Assembly (NCBI RefSeq): GCF_001194135.2
Contig: NC_068993.1
Location: 28,923,216 to 28,987,215, forward strand
Direction of reading: 5' to 3'
Source: Octopus bimaculoides
Taxonomy: Eukaryota
DNA: 64,000 bases
Part shown: one piece after another, positions 61,780 to 64,000 of the stretch
Layout: every line of letters starts with the position of its first letter
How positions within the stretch are numbered: the first letter of the stretch is position 1
The notes under the pieces: model-generated
Database searches by the model: none
Told to the model about the DNA's origin: nothing
The model's input: the letters and a program-made list of their open reading frames with translations, nothing else
Made by a program: the position numbers and the translations under genes

Positions 61780-63300
61780 AAACTTAGCAAAAACAAAAGT
61801 CCTAGTAAGTAGGAAAACAGGCAAGACTCTATATTTGCAGGTAAAAAGCCCTGCTTGACATGTAGGATAGGTGCAGGCAGGAACTCCATAGTGTACTCCA
61901 GTGCAAGCTACAGGAACACAAGAGGTATAAATAAATCACAGGAAGGTTAACCAGAGAGAGTAAAGTTTGTAAGTAGAAGATGCATGGGAGCCATAAAGAC
62001 TAAAGATACACAAGAACTTTAATTTTTGCAAATATCCTGGAGGCTCCTTAGAAGAAATAGTTTCTGTTATCTAGATGATCTAATTAGCAGCGAAGGAGGG
62101 TGTTCTGAGAGTGTAGATGCTAGAATAAGAATGGGGAAGTTCAAAGAGCTATTACCTTTGTTGGCAACAAAAGGTCTTTCACACTGAGTGAAAAGCAGTT
62201 TGTACGATGCTTGTGTACAAGCAGCAATGTTATCTGGTAGTGAGACATGGGCATGAATGCAGAAAACATGAAAACTAGAGAGTAATAAAGCTAGTATACT
62301 CCATTGGATGTCCAATGTCAGTGTGTACAACAAAGTGTTAATGCATTGAGACAAAAATTATGCATAAAAGGAATTAGATGTAGTGTGCAAGAGAGAAGAC
62401 TGTGCTGATATGGCTATGTTATGTGTATAGACAAGGACAGCTACATAAAGAAGCACCATTCACTAAAAGTAGATGGAATTATGGAAGAAAGAGACCCAAG
62501 ATGACATGGGACAATCTAGTGAAAGCTGATCTCAAGACATTTAATTGGCAATTTGCTGTGCTTGAGAAAACCTTTCCATCACAGCAAAAGTGATATCCTA
62601 ACACCACTTGGTATGCATGTATGTGCACGAACCTTCTCCCCTCTCTTTGCCCTGTCAAGCGTTTTTCTCAATTCTCATCACCTAACAGCTATCACTCTCC
62701 TGTCTATGGTACCGCTTGGCAGATGTAGTCACCTGAGAGCAGAAACATTACATCGCCTCCTTTCTGGTTACCTCCACCTCATCACCCCTTCCCTTGGAAC
62801 CACTTCTATCTTTCATTATCATCTCCACCCACACTATTTCCACCAATCGCCCCCTTTTGTACCTTCAGCCACTGATTTCTCTCCTCTCTTCTCTGCTTTA
62901 CTCCATTCTTAACACCTCTCTTATCTGCTATCATTCTCAATGCCCTCTCATTTCTGCTATCATGCCCCACTTACTATAGCCCCTTTATGTACCTCTATGT
63001 CTACCTTTCCACTGCTCCTACACCTTGCACATCATTCTACTTCTTCCTGATGTATTCTCCTCCCTTAACCACTCCCATATCTCTCAGTTTACACCTCTAC
63101 ATATGGGTATTTCCCTCAACCACACTTCCACCCTAATATTTTACTATCTGTTACTCCCCACTCATACTCTATGAAAGCATCAACTCTCTCCTCCCTTCAT
63201 ATGATCCACTGCCCTGTACTCTCTCTTATGTTTGCCTTCATGTACCTTAAGAGTTTGCTCTGGCACTCCATCACTACCTACCTTTTCTTTCCTTCTCAAT
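61780..63300 (+). mobile_element. Degenerate RTE 3' part (PHD, YLDDLI, GRKRPKMTW) continuing into the long pyrimidine-rich 3'UTR
   Basis: The ORF/UTR junction TGGCAATTTGCTGTGCT.GAGAA.ACC is shared with the minus-strand copy near 2390. Confidence 0.8.
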
Positions 63301-63729
63301 TACTTCCACCACCCTCTATATGTAATAGTGGGTAGCAGCCACGTAACCAGCCGATTGCAACTGGGGGTGCTATCTTGATAGCTGGGGGTGCTGAACAGGA
63401 GTACGGACAAAAGCCCCTACTTAAAGTGTGAAAGTGGACAAAAGCCCCATGCTTATATTTTTCAGTTACTTTTTCATTTTTTTTTTTCACATTTCTTGAC
63501 GCCTAGCCTGGTCAAAACTTCTGATAATATATTTCGTTTTTATTTCCATTATATATATATATTTATATATNNNNNNNNNNNNNNNNNNNNNNNNNNNNNN
63601 NNNNNNNNNNNNNNNNNNNNNNNNNNNNNNNNNNNNNNNNNNNNNNNNNNNNNNNNNNNNNNNNNNNNNNNNNNNNNNNNNNNNNNNNNNNNNNNNNNNN
63701 NNNNNNNNNNNNTATATATATATATATAT

Positions 63730-64000
63730 TACGGAGATGTATTTGTGTAACAAGTGACTTGATCTGAGGTTGTGAGCTGAAACAAAAACAATTGCAGCAT
63801 GGAAGATGTTTGTAAGCCATTTAAGAACACACGAAAACTGTTACTTTCACTTCTACATTTAAATTTAATTTTTGTCAAAATATTTTCATTGCTTGAAAAC
63901 TGCAATCTGTTCACTGACAAAACTTAAATTTAAATGTTGAAGTGAAACTAACGGTTTTTGTGTGTTCTTAAATGGCCTACAAACATCTTCCATACTGCAA
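63730..64000. repeat. Foldback element: arms of at least 86 bp (63792-63877 / 63915-64000, 7 mismatches), running off the window
   Basis: Direct reverse-complement alignment, with a 37-bp unique spacer. Confidence 0.92.
63874..63918 (-). ncRNA. Putative variant hammerhead (family D) with a G3:C8 swapped core, in the hairpin loop
   Basis: GUCA GUGAACA G AUUGC AGUUUUCAA GCAAU GAA AAUAUU U^ UGAC. Confidence 0.55.

Noticed and set aside
1-64000. Host protein-coding exons
   Set aside because: Every ORF with recognisable motifs is TE-derived and disrupted. The rest are microsatellite or low-complexity translations, and I could not support any exon.

Overview
Gene-free, almost entirely repeat-derived, AT-rich eukaryotic DNA from a gappy draft assembly. 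The SINE/RTE tails and microsatellites look most like an octopus genome (inference from repeat style, not a database hit). I find no host exon, tRNA, rRNA or CRISPR array, and every protein-like ORF is a decayed transposon fragment. Content: three L1/Tx1-clade LINEs; many RTE LINE copies in two 3'UTR subfamilies, all with a PHD-type zinc finger inside the RT domain; four Penelope-like element (PLE) fragments of two types; Tc1, mariner and maT-like DNA transposons, two of them nested in one RTE; pogo/Tigger, piggyBac and Helitron-like relics; a hAT MITE; and several tRNA-derived SINE families. The main hidden signal is RNA-level: at least five sequence-unrelated families of type I hammerhead ribozyme motifs, all with a palindromic helix III (the dimer-cleaving PLE type). 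They include an intact-core copy at 39.2 kb, a copy at the 3' end of a PLE with helix II covariation against a second copy, two back-to-back ribozymes forming a 270-bp palindrome, and a G3:C8 core-swapped variant in the loop of a long foldback hairpin. All folds were assigned by eye and none has been tested for cleavage.
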